Source of the DNA: a virus
Lineage: Duplodnaviria > Caudoviricetes
Strand: one strand, 5' to 3'
Virus record (IMG/VR): IMGVR_UViG_3300005077_000489
Span: 128,001 to 192,000 of that record
DNA: 64,000 nt
The translations under genes were made by a program, and so were the position numbers. Positions 1 to 10,420 of this stretch are shown piece by piece. A model generated the notes under the pieces. The model searched no databases and was not told where the DNA came from. It saw nothing but the letters and a program-made list of their open reading frames with translations. Positions within the stretch are counted from its first letter, which is position 1, and every line of letters begins with the position of its first letter.

Positions 1-1
1 T

Positions 2-3000
2 TTTGACTCTAATTATGGTTCGTGGTATGATTGCGTTAGACTATCTGAGATTGAAATAGCAGATGATATTGACATTCTAAAAGGCTGCGGGTTGATCGGA
101 GAGATACCGGGTTTCGATGCTAAATATCTCTTGGACTCGCAAAGTTATACACAATATGTTAGTTCTGGTACCATTGGTCTAGGAGCACTACATATAGGAT
201 TAGATGCTAGAAATAGACCTAAGAAATTGAATCGATTCCAAGTAAAGTCTATCAGTAGTGCTATCACTGATACTAGTGATGACCCTTGGTTAAGGGTTAG
301 TCCCAAAGATATCTTAGTTTATGGTTCCAATATAGCTAAGCCTACTTTGAATACGGATACTGGTTGGACCTTAATAACTACTACCGGTATAGCACTACCA
401 CAAGCGGGGGCTGTTTATAGTAGTTGGGTAGGCGTGGTAGCTTCCGACAACTATACTACACCTACAATTAAATCTCCCACTATGACGGGGTATACTACTC
501 CTGCTCCCTATAGTGCTTCTGCTACTTCTATTAGGGGAACATTTCACGAGCCCTGGCGGGCCTTCGATAGGGATATATCCGACAGTTCTTATGGCTGGGC
601 ATCAAGTTCAATTTTGACTTTACCACAATCATTATCCATTTATTTAGGCAGCCCTATTATTATAAATGCTATTAGGTTACGTCCTTATAGTGGTGTAATG
701 TATTCTAGTTTTCCTGAGACTATAAAAATGTACGGTAGTAATATATTGAGTCCCTCTATAACAAACGAGGCACATTGGTCAGAAATTACTGACTATATTT
801 CTATTCCCGATCCTGGCGGCTTCGCGTGGACAACCTGGGTTTATTTTGATAACCCTGATGAATATTCTAGTTATAAGATTACTGTCTTTGAAACAATTAC
901 AGGGACTCCCGATTGTGGTTTCAATGAGATATATTTAGGTTATAGGGAAAAGTTATTTCCGAATCCGGCTGATATTCCTTATCGTCATTATAAATTAAAA
1001 ATAACATCCTCCCATGGTGGTACTTCTTCTAACGTCGAGTTTTCTGATTTAAATCTTGACTATGACGAGAGCAGTTATTATCAACAAACAGTAAATTACA
1101 ATATTGACTTTCCAGTAAAGATTTTTGATTTACCCCCAAAACATGAGGTGACCGGAGTAAATATAACAACTATTAGCGGTTACAAAGGAGGTTATTCTGA
1201 GCAGGTAGGTTCTACGGTTAGTGGTACTTATCCAATTAGTTTTATAACTATCGTTGATAGGCATAATAAACTAGAGAATGATAAGTCTATAAGTCAAATA
1301 GGAGTCTCCAGTGACATAGGTGGACGTATCTATTTCAGAATATTCGAAGAATATACGGAGGGCTCCACCGAGAGATTTACTATATGGGATGTATTTAGTG
1401 TTACTCATAGTGGAGGCGGTTTTCAGTGGTTTACTTTGACAGACCCTTATATAATTCCTAGTGAGGGAAATCATTACTTAGGGTGGTATCAGGCTAATAA
1501 CCCTAGAAAAATGGGTGTAACGGGCGGTGAAGGTAAAACCTCTTATCAGTATGGAGATTATATTGGAACTAATATTTATCTACCGTTGCACCATACCGAT
1601 TTCCTACCTTCTTTAGCCGTAAGGTATAACAGTTATTTTGATTTAGGAATAACTACCAATAGCGGTCTATTATTAAATAATTTCAGTCCTGCTCGTAACA
1701 GCAAGATATTTAATAGTTCAAATACGCTGGGACCTTATTATGACGAGACTGTTTCTATATACTTAGGTCGTCCTAGTCCAGTCGTGGAACCTAATACTCA
1801 AGGGTCTATGCTGGTAACTATTTATTACAAAGAAGAGGGTGAGGATAACTATGGGTTATCACAATTGGTAACAATAAAAGATAGTTCTCATAAAATGTAT
1901 GACCACCCTATAAACAATGCTTTTGATTCCGATAGTAAAAACTATTTTAGTCCAGAGAAATGGTTGGATGAATACCAAAATCTCAGGTTTATGCTGCGTT
2001 TTTATGACCCCGTATATTTGGAAGCTTTCTCTGTTGCACCGGCACAGGTGTCAAACGGAATAGATTGCTTACCAGACTCCTTGATGATTGCTGGTTCCGA
2101 AGACTATGCTAGGTTGTATGATGCAGAGGATTGGACTGATTTATATTTTGATGAGGATTACTCAATTCCTACAATAAGTGATTGGAAACCGTACATATAT
2201 TTTGATGACCACACAACGCAATACCGTTATTATAATTTTACATTGTGGCATTATGGTTATCCACAAAAGTATGGTATGTTGGGTGGGGTAAGGGTTGTTG
2301 GCGTTCTTCCATACCCAACTTATGTTACCACATCTGGTTTGCTAACGACGGTACGAAGTATAACAGGCGACGGAAGGGATGCTAATGAAGTAAGATTATT
2401 ACATAAGAGCGGAGATAGAAGGTATATTAATAATATTTGGAATACTTATACATACAACGGACGTAATGAAGTTTCTCCTGGAACTGTGTTTTTGATGGGA
2501 GAAAATAACATGTCTACTACGTGCCCGCATCCCGTCTCAGTAATCAAAGAATATAATGGTAATCGTAATGAATTACCTGTATCCCCAGTAGAATTTGGTG
2601 GATTAAATATTCTTGCTTGGCATAAGTTTGAAGAGGAGACCGGTAATTTTATAGATTACTCTGGTAATAATATTAATGTGGTGCGAGTAGGGAATATAAT
2701 TATAGAAGATGGTAAGCGGGGGAAGGCGGCTAAAATAGTAGATTCTGATAGTCCTCCAAAATATGGTGTGTTTACATTACCACATCATTTGACTGAATAT
2801 AGTGTTTCCTTTTGGTTCAGACCAGTTCATGACATATATCCTGGATATCCAATAACTTTTGATATAATGGGTGGTTGGGTTTCTTATGGTAATGTACCGG
2901 GTGTGTGGCATATATCATTAGGTCGAACTTATTTATATGTGGATTCTCCTTATCCCTTTAGACAAGAGAATACTTTACCACTAGGTTCTTCGCATTCTAC

Positions 3001-6000
3001 CAAGATCTTTTTTGGTAATTATGGGAAGGTTATCTATACAGGGAGGGAAGTGTGGAGTAAGAAGTCCTGGCATAATATCATATTTTCATTCGATTCCGAT
3101 GGGGACTATAAAGTATGGGAGGACGGAACATTAGATTATGAGTCTGGAACTCTATCCTCGACCATCTACCCACCGCCACCTGAGATAATTGTAAATCCGG
3201 CTGATATACATTATGATAACTATGACTTTAATAATTGTATGTATTATGGTTTACCTTGGATAGACGGTCAAGGTGCCGTGGGAGAGTTTTATTTGGACCA
3301 CGTAATGCATTTTAATAAAGTTTTTACAGATGAAGAAGCCTTTACAATATATAGATTAAAAGATAATTCGGAAGAGTGGGATGGAATATATTTTAATAGT
3401 CCACAGAACATAGAGTTACCTAGTAAATTAATATTTGATTTTGGACAAGATATCTCTGTTAATAAATATAGTTTTATTTTATCTAACACCCAAACATGGG
3501 CAGTCCCAAAGACCGAGTGGTTGTTAACTGCGTCTGGAGAGGATACTTGGGAGGTTTTGGATAATAATTACATTGAACTCGGAGAAATGCAATATATAGA
3601 GGGGGAATATATAGAAGAAACGAGGGAATTAACCATAAGTTCAGAAACCCTACCTCTTGCTATCTATTCTATTTATCCGGGCGAGCAGGTTATAGAGGTG
3701 TCGTTTGAGACTACAGAATATTTCAGTGGGGGTCACGACGGCACTTACGGTGGTATATATAATGACCCAGTACCAAATCCATTTTATGCTGCATACCCCG
3801 CAAATAGGACGTCCTTAATTGCAGGATATAATGTCTCTCAGGAGATGGTCAGGAATAATGAGTGGATTTCCTTGATACAAATAGTAAATTCGGTCAGCGG
3901 TTATATAAAATTTAAATTATGGAAATCCTCTCCTAACTCGTCTACGCATGTGATTGAGGATATCACCGATTTACTTCCTCTATCTGCCGGATCAAATAGT
4001 TATAATGTTCACTATAAGACTGGAATACCTTATCTAGGGGTTTCACCCACATTTTTTCCTGCTTTTTATGCTACTTGTGAAATAGACAGGCCGTATGGTG
4101 GGAGTGATCAGGACCAATATAATTATAAGTCCGGAGATATAACCGGCACTAGCACTGGCTGGACCAATATGGGTGGTTATTATACTTGCAGACTCCTTGT
4201 CTATTATCATGCTCCCAAATATAATTTAGGATTGGGTGCATCATCTAACTATTTTTATACAGCAGTTTCTTTTAATAATTTGTATGAGAGTCCTTTGACC
4301 CATTCTTATCCTTTACCTGTTAAAGATGTGATTCAGAATATCTATATTTATAGTAATAATGTTGTACAAGTAGATACGGAGGGCGTGTTAAGACTCACAA
4401 TTAAGAAAAAGATTCCTCCTCATAATCTTTTTACTGATTATGTGCACAATATTACTAATACTAAAGCATATCGACATTATGCTATAGAACTGGTAGGGAC
4501 CAATGATTGCAGAGAGAATTTAGAATTATCCGGTTTGAGAATGTTTGATACCCCTAGAGTTCCGACTGTCTCAGGTAATAGTCTTTCTGTTACCTCGGGT
4601 ATAGCTGCTAATAATATACTAGAATGCATTTCTGATAGTAATCCGGGTGATGCTGCTATAAGTTATGCTGTTTCCCTAGACAATATAGATTGGTGTATCA
4701 TGACGGCGAGCGGGTGGGAACCTGTCATATTAGATAAGGATGCTGTCTTGACACCTTCCGGTCTCTTCTTTAGTATAAATAATTGTGATTGGTTATCATT
4801 AGGTTCGGGAACGTTGTCTATTGCTCACAAGTTTGTAACTAATTCTAATTATTGTTATCCTGGAATAAATTCCTATAATGTGTTAGCCACAGACTACACT
4901 GCTTCAGGGACTGGCTCCTATATAACCTATAGTGGCAATATAACATATACAGTTCCGATGACTACTACTATTTCTAGTGATTGGTTGCATTATGCGTGGC
5001 AGAACTACGGAGATTATCATATTTTAAGCTATTTGGTTGATAGTGGTTACTTACCTATAGGTAGTGGTCAAGGTTATTTTGTAGATACATCTTATACGTG
5101 TAGCGGTTCTAGCCTAACACCATACATAATATCCAGGACTGATGATGTTATAAAAATAACTGCTTCTACTGTTGATGGTTTGAATATTGGTAACAAAATT
5201 AATATTGATACAGTATCTGGTTATACTATATATGAAGTAGAAGACATAATTGGAAATAATATAGTTCTTAATGCTCCTAAATTGTATGACGTTTTACCTA
5301 CTGATAGTTATTATAGACGCATAGTAACGCCTTACTATGAACTACGCGGGGAACAAGTTAATGTAAGTGGTACCGAAGTCAGGATTTCTGAGATGAATGA
5401 GGACTTAATAACTTTGAGTGGTAGTTTTAACTCAGGTGATATAGTAAATATTTCTTCCTCTAAAATTACTGGTAGTGGTATATTACCTACTACTATAAGT
5501 GGTAGATATTTTAATTTAGCAGACGGTGGTTACTACTTTTCTCCTGTTATGACATCTTTCTCGACCCCCGGTTCTTATACTATAGCTACTAATAAAATTA
5601 TAGCAGCGACGGAAGATTATACTATTAATGCGACTGATACATTTCCTAAGAAGATTTTTACTCTACCTAAAGATACAGTTTTGTTTGATACTATAATAAC
5701 AGTAAAGGATAGTTTTAGTGGCGATACTCCAGATACTTTTGGATATATAAGTAGCAATAAAACAGATAGTTATTACAACCGTTCTTATATAAATGATGGA
5801 ACTACGTTGACGAACGGGCGTTTAATAAGTCATTTTTGCTTATGGCAAGGAACGTCTAGTTATTATAGAGATGCTTATATGGGATTAAATATAAAAATTA
5901 AGTTGGTAAAACAAACTGGTGGCAGTAATCAGTATTATGATATACTAGACACAATTTGGGAAGGAGTAAACCCCGTATATGGTGATTTTTATGTTTATCT

Positions 6001-9000
6001 AGACCCACCTTTTAGAATTCCTTCCACCGGCATCCACCGTCTCTGCTACTGTTTAGGTGCTGCAAATTCTTTTTATGCCTTCGGGGTCTTGACTACTTCG
6101 AGAAATGACGGGTTACGCTACAAAGACGATGCTGATCCTACGGGTAACAATGTTTCATTTCTCTATCATAGCGGTGGTAATATGAGTTATAATTTAGTTA
6201 CTTACTATACCAGTTCCTACTCTGTTGGCACTCTGTCAAATGCTACCTATTTCACTGATACATTTAAATGGAACAGTCCACCCACGATTACCGGTTCAAT
6301 CGGTCCCTTTGCTACGGAGACAGATGTATATATGCACCGACAAGTTACTGTAGGACATACTGCAGGGGCATTTAATGTCTCCTTCGAGCACTCCGATTAT
6401 ATGTATCATTTATTTGATGGTAAACTGGACCCGGTTCCTACAGTAACTTCGGGTACCGCTTTATCTATAGATATGGGTTCAACATCTAATGTTGATGGGT
6501 ATAGATGGTACTATAGTACAGACGGAGAAGTAAATAGTCCCCTTATTTGGTCTATGTACGGTTCTAATGAGTTGCCTTATTGGTCCCATATAGCGGATGA
6601 AACTTCAGTCGTCGTAAATAGGGTATGGTCGTCTGTATTTAGTTTAACCCCCGGTTATAAGTATTATGGAATTAGATTTTACGATGATTATGAATTAGCC
6701 GAGATAGAATTTGTATACAGGAATAATACAACTACGTCTGGAATACATTTACTATCTACCACCAGCGGATGGGGATTTAGTTATGTGGGAAAATTATCGT
6801 ATATTGAAGCAAATACTTATGAACCGGGCGGTACAAGCATATACCATGCGATAAGTTTTGATAACTCAAATACATTTAAAATTTATAAGAATGGTAATTG
6901 GGTGGATATCGTTAGATATTTGGGGCAGTGGCAGTATAATGGAGGCGGGTGGTTTAATGCTCCTGATAATACTAAGTATTCCGCTTTTAGGGGAGCCTTG
7001 GATTATGGTCATACTTTTTCTAGTATCGAACTGGGGGGCATATTAGATGATGACTGGTACACGACTGGCGGGTTAACTTCTACTTCTGGTAGAATAAACT
7101 TTATTAATGCTATGCTGAGTGATGGCTACATAGTTCCATCAATTTCCTACTATGATATCTATTATACTGCACGGTCAGGGAATGTAACAAGTCAATGGTG
7201 GGCTAATTCTCTTATACCTTCTGGTTATGCCTATACAGTGGTATCTGGTTCTCCATATTTCTTTACAAACCACTATGATGTACCTTTGTATACAGATGAA
7301 ACTTTTGATGAATATCGTTACGACAGAGAGTATACTAATAATTTCAGATTATATACTGTAAATAGGTCTGCGGCTACGAGTGTTCCTTTGTACGAAATAA
7401 TGGTAACGGATGTCCAAACCCCAGATGATGCATATAGATTAGAATTATTTTCTCATGTCGCAGAGGATTGTGTTGTTGTCTGCTCAGGTATAACAGTGGA
7501 TACCGCCAAATTAACGGATAAAATACTACGGACTGGTGGGATACAAATTACTGAAAATAAATTGGTAGACTTAGAACTTTCTTCTATTCCCCGCAGCCGT
7601 GGTTTATTCTACGGCGATTTACGTCTGTATTTTGACACTGCTTTGGATAGACCTAGTTTAATAAGTGCGGCACCTTCCAGTAATACTTTGAATGGGAATA
7701 TTTCTACTAATACTTTTCTTCCTGTCTCCGTCTCCGGTATAGTCTTTAACTCAAACTACAATTTATCGGATGACCATTATTCCGTCTATTTTTGGGCTGA
7801 TTCTCCTGTCACTAAATTGGCTGTACGTACCGCTAATAAGAATAGTGTTGGTACAGGATTAGAAAGGATTACGGAACTAGGCGTCTTTCCTATAGAGTAT
7901 GAGGGTGGGTGGAATGTGCCCAGCGGTTTTAATTTATTAGAGACTGCCGAGTCTAAAAGTTATGTACATACAGCATTTTCTGCTTATAGGTACCAGTATT
8001 TATCTACACCGCATTTGGAGAGACTCTTTGATACTTCGATTTCTGGAGCCCTGCCAATCTTTGGTGGTTATTACATCGGGGTGGAGTCCTCATTAAATTA
8101 CTTTACAGGGAAGGCTAGGGAGTTACGTTTTGTTGTGGAAGACAACTCTGATATGACTATAGCTTTTTATACACAGACTTCAGGGGAACCGTCTTGGACG
8201 GAACGTACTCCTACTTGGAGTGGTTCTGGGTATTTTTATTACACGTTTGATATGCCTACTAATATAACCGCTACCCGGGTGGCTTGTTTAAATACTGCTA
8301 CAGGTGTTCGATTTGAAGATATAAAATGGTGTAGGTCTATACAATTAGTAAATGCTGGAGACGAGATAGACTTTGGTACAACTGGCGGCGAACCCGGTGT
8401 CGTAGACTTGCCTTTGTATTATGGATTACCAGAAATTGTAGAAATATTCAATAATAGTAGTCACGGGAATTATGCTAATGCTCGCGTTTTGCCCAGATTC
8501 TCTAATAACTATAACTTGGACAGAAATACCCAATTATCTGAAGATATGGTAAATTGGTATGGGTTAAATTCCGGTCTTTGTTTACCGGAGGATCTACCAT
8601 TCGAAACAGGAACTTTTGTTGGAACAGAAATATCCACTGAAGGAACTATAAAGTTAATAGATAGTGCTGTCTCAGGCACATGGACTTCCAGAGTCATAGA
8701 GGTATTAGATCCATCAAGTACAGTTGCTTATGTATATACAGAGAATAGTAGTTATGATGGAAGTTATGTTAATAAAGATTACAAAACAGTAATGAATATA
8801 ATAGAAGTTCGGGCTGCAGATGCCAATATTTCTCATCCTTTGTTCGTTACTGGTGCCGGGACGGAACCACAAGACGGGGATCAGCTACCATGGAAAGCAG
8901 TAGCTTTTGATACCAGCGGAAACCTATTATCTTGGGACGGCGGCAATCTAAACCGGGGTAGTCTCACCTATATAATAGGCGGACCACACAGGACTTATTC

Positions 9001-10420
9001 TTATTATTCAAGGCAGCCCTTGTGGCAGTTTTATGGGGCTATGAACTCTATGGGTTATGGGGCTTACACTGCTGGTAATGAGAAGGAAAGTATAGCTTTT
9101 GGACCCTACTTATTCTATAAACTTAGAACTATTTATCCTTATGATTATTCTCCGCCAAGTTATGCTATTCCTAATGAAAATAGTTTACATATTTATGGGA
9201 ACACTTACGAATATATGATACCTGTCTTTAATAAATCTTTGAGATATACTACTAAATATACTGATGGAGTAACTAAACCAACATGGCAATGCTTAGACGT
9301 GGTCCACAGAGAACTTCCCTTTTATGAGCGTTACCAAGAATATTATTTTGATGAAGGGGGTTTTCAACTAAGAAGTTTATTCACATTTAATGGTGATACA
9401 GATACTCCTGAGAGCACCACTGAAATAGACTATATTTGTTCTTTACCGGGGACGGTCGAAGGATTATTAGCGGATAGTATAAGATGTGCAGCATGCATAG
9501 ACGGGCAGGTTGGGGATTACTATAGTTGGTTTCATTATGCCTATACCGCAGAGGGGGAGGAAGAGTATAAAACTTTATTACTTAATGGTAGTGAAATAGT
9601 TCGGGAATGGACTAACATAGAAAGGAGTTTTAACTATATGGTAGAGGCTCCTCCAGAGAGTCCTCGCGGGTTTTGGGGGATAGGAGAAACAGCAGTCTAT
9701 TGGTATGAATATGATGGTACTAATTTAACGGAAGTTTTCTCAGTTAATACAGACGGTAATAAAACATTCAAACTACTAACTTTCGGGTATAATGATTATA
9801 ATAATAATTTATGGGTAGTAGACCTAGCAACAGAACGAGTTATTCGTATAAATTTTGAGCAGCATAGTGTAGATTATAGTAGAATAGTGGATGGAGCGTG
9901 TAGTGTTTATCCAGACGCCTTTGATGGCTCGGCTTATGTTTATGTTTTAAGAGACCCTGAATTTCCATCTAATGATTGTATAAAGTTAGTACATGCTACA
10001 GACTACGATTACCTAGTTCCGGAAGTGGTTTGTGCTGTACCAGGAATCGCTTTAATAGACCCTTACAATGTGAATCTATACGGACGCGGTCATTACCCGG
10101 AAGGTTATTACAACATCATGCCACAAGATGTTGTATGGAAGGAAGTAGCGGGTGCAGAGTGGAAACGTTATAGTTCCGGCAGCCCAACATTACCTAAAGG
10201 ACAGTATAAACAATTCCGGATAACCTTACAAAGGAATGATTTAGATTCAGTTTCACCGGAAGTGCAATATATAAGAATACCGGTTCCAGCAGTAATAAAT
10301 AAGATACCTTATCAAGGGTATAAGAAGATATATGTTGATACTTTACTGCGTAATGAAAATACCGCTTTAAATGCCGGAGATTATTCAGCAGACTTATTAG
10401 TATGGTGGCCGAGGGATTAA
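2..10420 (+). CDS. Giant virion-associated multidomain protein (>=3472 aa, 5'-truncated by the window): about 5 discoidin/F5-8C-like domains, LamG/ConA domain, three copies of a phage beta-sandwich, C-terminal beta-sandwich plus beta-propeller cassette
   Basis: The frame is open from base 2 (TTT GAC TCT AAT TAT...), so the TTG at 92 is not the true start. Discoidin motifs (WRAFD...YGSN...W...YRHYKLKIT); LamG motif (LAWHKFEE...SVSFWFRP...WHNIIFSF...LDHVMHFNKVFTDEE); propeller blades (NNLWVVD); C-terminal KQFRITL...LLVWW. Confidence 0.85.
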   Translation, partial: FDSNYGSWYDCVRLSEIEIADDIDILKGCGLIGEIPGFDAKYLLDSQSYTQYVSSGTIGLGALHIGLDARNRPKKLNRFQVKSISSAITDTSDDPWLRVSPKDILVYGSNIAKPTLNTDTGWTLITTTGIALPQAGAVYSSWVGVVASDNYTTPTIKSPTMTGYTTPAPYSASATSIRGTFHEPWRAFDRDISDSSYGWASSSILTLPQSLSIYLGSPIIINAIRLRPYSGVMYSSFPETIKMYGSNILSPSITNEAHWSEITDYISIPDPGGFAWTTWVYFDNPDEYSSYKITVFETITGTPDCGFNEIYLGYREKLFPNPADIPYRHYKLKITSSHGGTSSNVEFSDLNLDYDESSYYQQTVNYNIDFPVKIFDLPPKHEVTGVNITTISGYKGGYSEQVGSTVSGTYPISFITIVDRHNKLENDKSISQIGVSSDIGGRIYFRIFEEYTEGSTERFTIWDVFSVTHSGGGFQWFTLTDPYIIPSEGNHYLGWYQANNPRKMGVTGGEGKTSYQYGDYIGTNIYLPLHHTDFLPSLAVRYNSYFDLGITTNSGLLLNNFSPARNSKIFNSSNTLGPYYDETVSIYLGRPSPVVEPNTQGSMLVTIYYKEEGEDNYGLSQLVTIKDSSHKMYDHPINNAFDSDSKNYFSPEKWLDEYQNLRFMLRFYDPVYLEAFSVAPAQVSNGIDCLPDSLMIAGSEDYARLYDAEDWTDLYFDEDYSIPTISDWKPYIYFDDHTTQYRYYNFTLWHYGYPQKYGMLGGVRVVGVLPYPTYVTTSGLLTTVRSITGDGRDANEVRLLHKSGDRRYINNIWNTYTYNGRNEVSPGTVFLMGENNMSTTCPHPVSVIKEYNGNRNELPVSPVEFGGLNILAWHKFEEETGNFIDYSGNNINVVRVGNIIIEDGKRGKAAKIVDSDSPPKYGVFTLPHHLTEYSVSFWFRPVHDIYPGYPITFDIMGGWVSYGNVPGVWHISLGRTYLYVDSPYPFRQENTLPLGSSHSTKIFFGNYGKVIYTGREVWSKKSWHNIIFSFDSDGDYKVWEDGTLDYESGTLSSTIYPPPPEIIVNPADIHYDNYDFNNCMYYGLPWIDGQGAVGEFYLDHVMHFNKVFTDEEAFTIYRLKDNSEEWDGIYFNSPQNIELPSKLIFDFGQDISVNKYSFILSNTQTWAVPKTEWLLTASGEDTWEVLDNNYIELGEMQYIEGEYIEETRELTISSETLPLAIYSIYPGEQVIEVSFETTEYFSGGHDGTYGGIYNDPVPNPFYAAYPANRTSLIAGYNVSQEMVRNNEWISLIQIVNSVSGYIKFKLWKSSPNSSTHVIEDITDLLPLSAGSNSYNVHYKTGIPYLGVSPTFFPAFYATCEIDRPYGGSDQDQYNYKSGDITGTSTGWTNMGGYYTCRLLVYYHAPKYNLGLGASSNYFYTAVSFNNLYESPLTHSYPLPVKDVIQNIYIYSNNVVQVDTEGVLRLTIKKKIPPHNLFTDYVHNITNTKAYRHYAIELVGTNDCRENLELSGLRMFDTPRVPTVSGNSLSVTSGIAANNILECISDSNPGDAAISYAVSLDNIDWCIMTASGWEPVILDKDAVLTPSGLFFSINNCDWLSLGSGTLSIAHKFVTNSNYCYPGINSYNVLATDYTASGTGSYITYSGNITYTVPMTTTISSDWLHYAWQNYGDYHILSYLVDSGYLPIGSGQGYFVDTSYTCSGSSLTPYIISRTDDVIKITASTVDGLNIGNKINIDTVSGYTIYEVEDIIGNNIVLNAPKLYDVLPTDSYYRRIVTPYYELRGEQVNVSGTEVRISEMNEDLITLSGSFNSGDIVNISSSKITGSGILPTTISGRYFNLADGGYYFSPVMTSFSTPGSYTIATNKIIAATEDYTINATDTFPKKIFTLPKDTVLFDTIITVKDSFSGDTPDTFGYISSNKTDSYYNRSYINDGTTLTNGRLISHFCLWQGTSSYYRDAYMGLNIKIKLVKQTGGSNQYYDILDTIWEGVNPVYGDFYVYLDPPFRIPSTGIHRLCYCLGAANSFYAFGVLTTSRNDGLRYKDDADPTGNNVSFLYHSGGNMSYNLVTYYTSSYSVGTLSNATYFTDTFKWNSPPTITGSIGPFATETDVYMHRQVTVGHTAGAFNVSFEHSDYMYHLFDGKLDPVPTVTSGTALSIDMGSTSNVDGYRWYYSTDGEVNSPLIWSMYGSNELPYWSHIADETSVVVNRVWSSVFSLTPGYKYYGIRFYDDYELAEIEFVYRNNTTTSGIHLLSTTSGWGFSYVGKLSYIEANTYEPGGTSIYHAISFDNSNTFKIYKNGNWVDIVRYLGQWQYNGGGWFNAPDNTKYSAFRGALDYGHTFSSIELGGILDDDWYTTGGLTSTSGRINFINAMLSDGYIVPSISYYDIYYTARSGNVTSQWWANSLIPSGYAYTVVSGSPYFFTNHYDVPLYTDETFDEYRYDREYTNNFRLYTVNRSAATSVPLYEIMVTDVQTPDDAYRLELFSHVAEDCVVVCSGITVDTAKLTDKILRTGGIQITENKLVDLELSSIPRSRGLFYGDLRLYFDTALDRPSLISAAPSSNTLNGNISTNTFLPVSVSGIVFNSNYNLSDDHYSVYFWADSPVTKLAVRTANKNSVGTGLERITELGVFPIEYEGGWNVPSGFNLLETAESKSYVHTAFSAYRYQYLSTPHLERLFDTSISGALPIFGGYYIGVESSLNYFTGKARELRFVVEDNSDMTIAFYTQTSGEPSWTERTPTWSGSGYFYYTFDMPTNITATRVACLNTATGVRFEDIKWCRSIQLVNAGDEIDFGTTGGEPGVVDLPLYYGLPEIVEIFNNSSHGNYANARVLPRFSNNYNLDRNTQLSEDMVNWYGLNSGLCLPEDLPFETGTFVGTEISTEGTIKLIDSAVSGTWTSRVIEVLDPSSTVAYVYTENSSYDGSYVNKDYKTVMNIIEVRAADANISHPLFVTGAGTEPQDGDQLPWKAVAFDTSGNLLSWDGGNLNRGSLTYIIGGPHRTYSYYSRQPLWQFYGAMNSMGYGAYTAGNEKESIAFGPYLFYKLRTIYPYDYSPPSYAIPNENSLHIYGNTYEYMIPVFNKSLRYTTKYTDGVTKPTWQCLDVVHRELPFYERYQEYYFDEGGFQLRSLFTFNGDTDTPESTTEIDYICSLPGTVEGLLADSIRCAACIDGQVGDYYSWFHYAYTAEGEEEYKTLLLNGSEIVREWTNIERSFNYMVEAPPESPRGFWGIGETAVYWYEYDGTNLTEVFSVNTDGNKTFKLLTFGYNDYNNNLWVVDLATERVIRINFEQHSVDYSRIVDGACSVYPDAFDGSAYVYVLRDPEFPSNDCIKLVHATDYDYLVPEVVCAVPGIALIDPYNVNLYGRGHYPEGYYNIMPQDVVWKEVAGAEWKRYSSGSPTLPKGQYKQFRITLQRNDLDSVSPEVQYIRIPVPAVINKIPYQGYKKIYVDTLLRNENTALNAGDYSADLLVWWPRD

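Noticed and set aside
92-94. TTG start given for the first ORF
   Set aside because: The frame has no stop back to base 2 and there is no RBS, so the gene begins upstream of the window.
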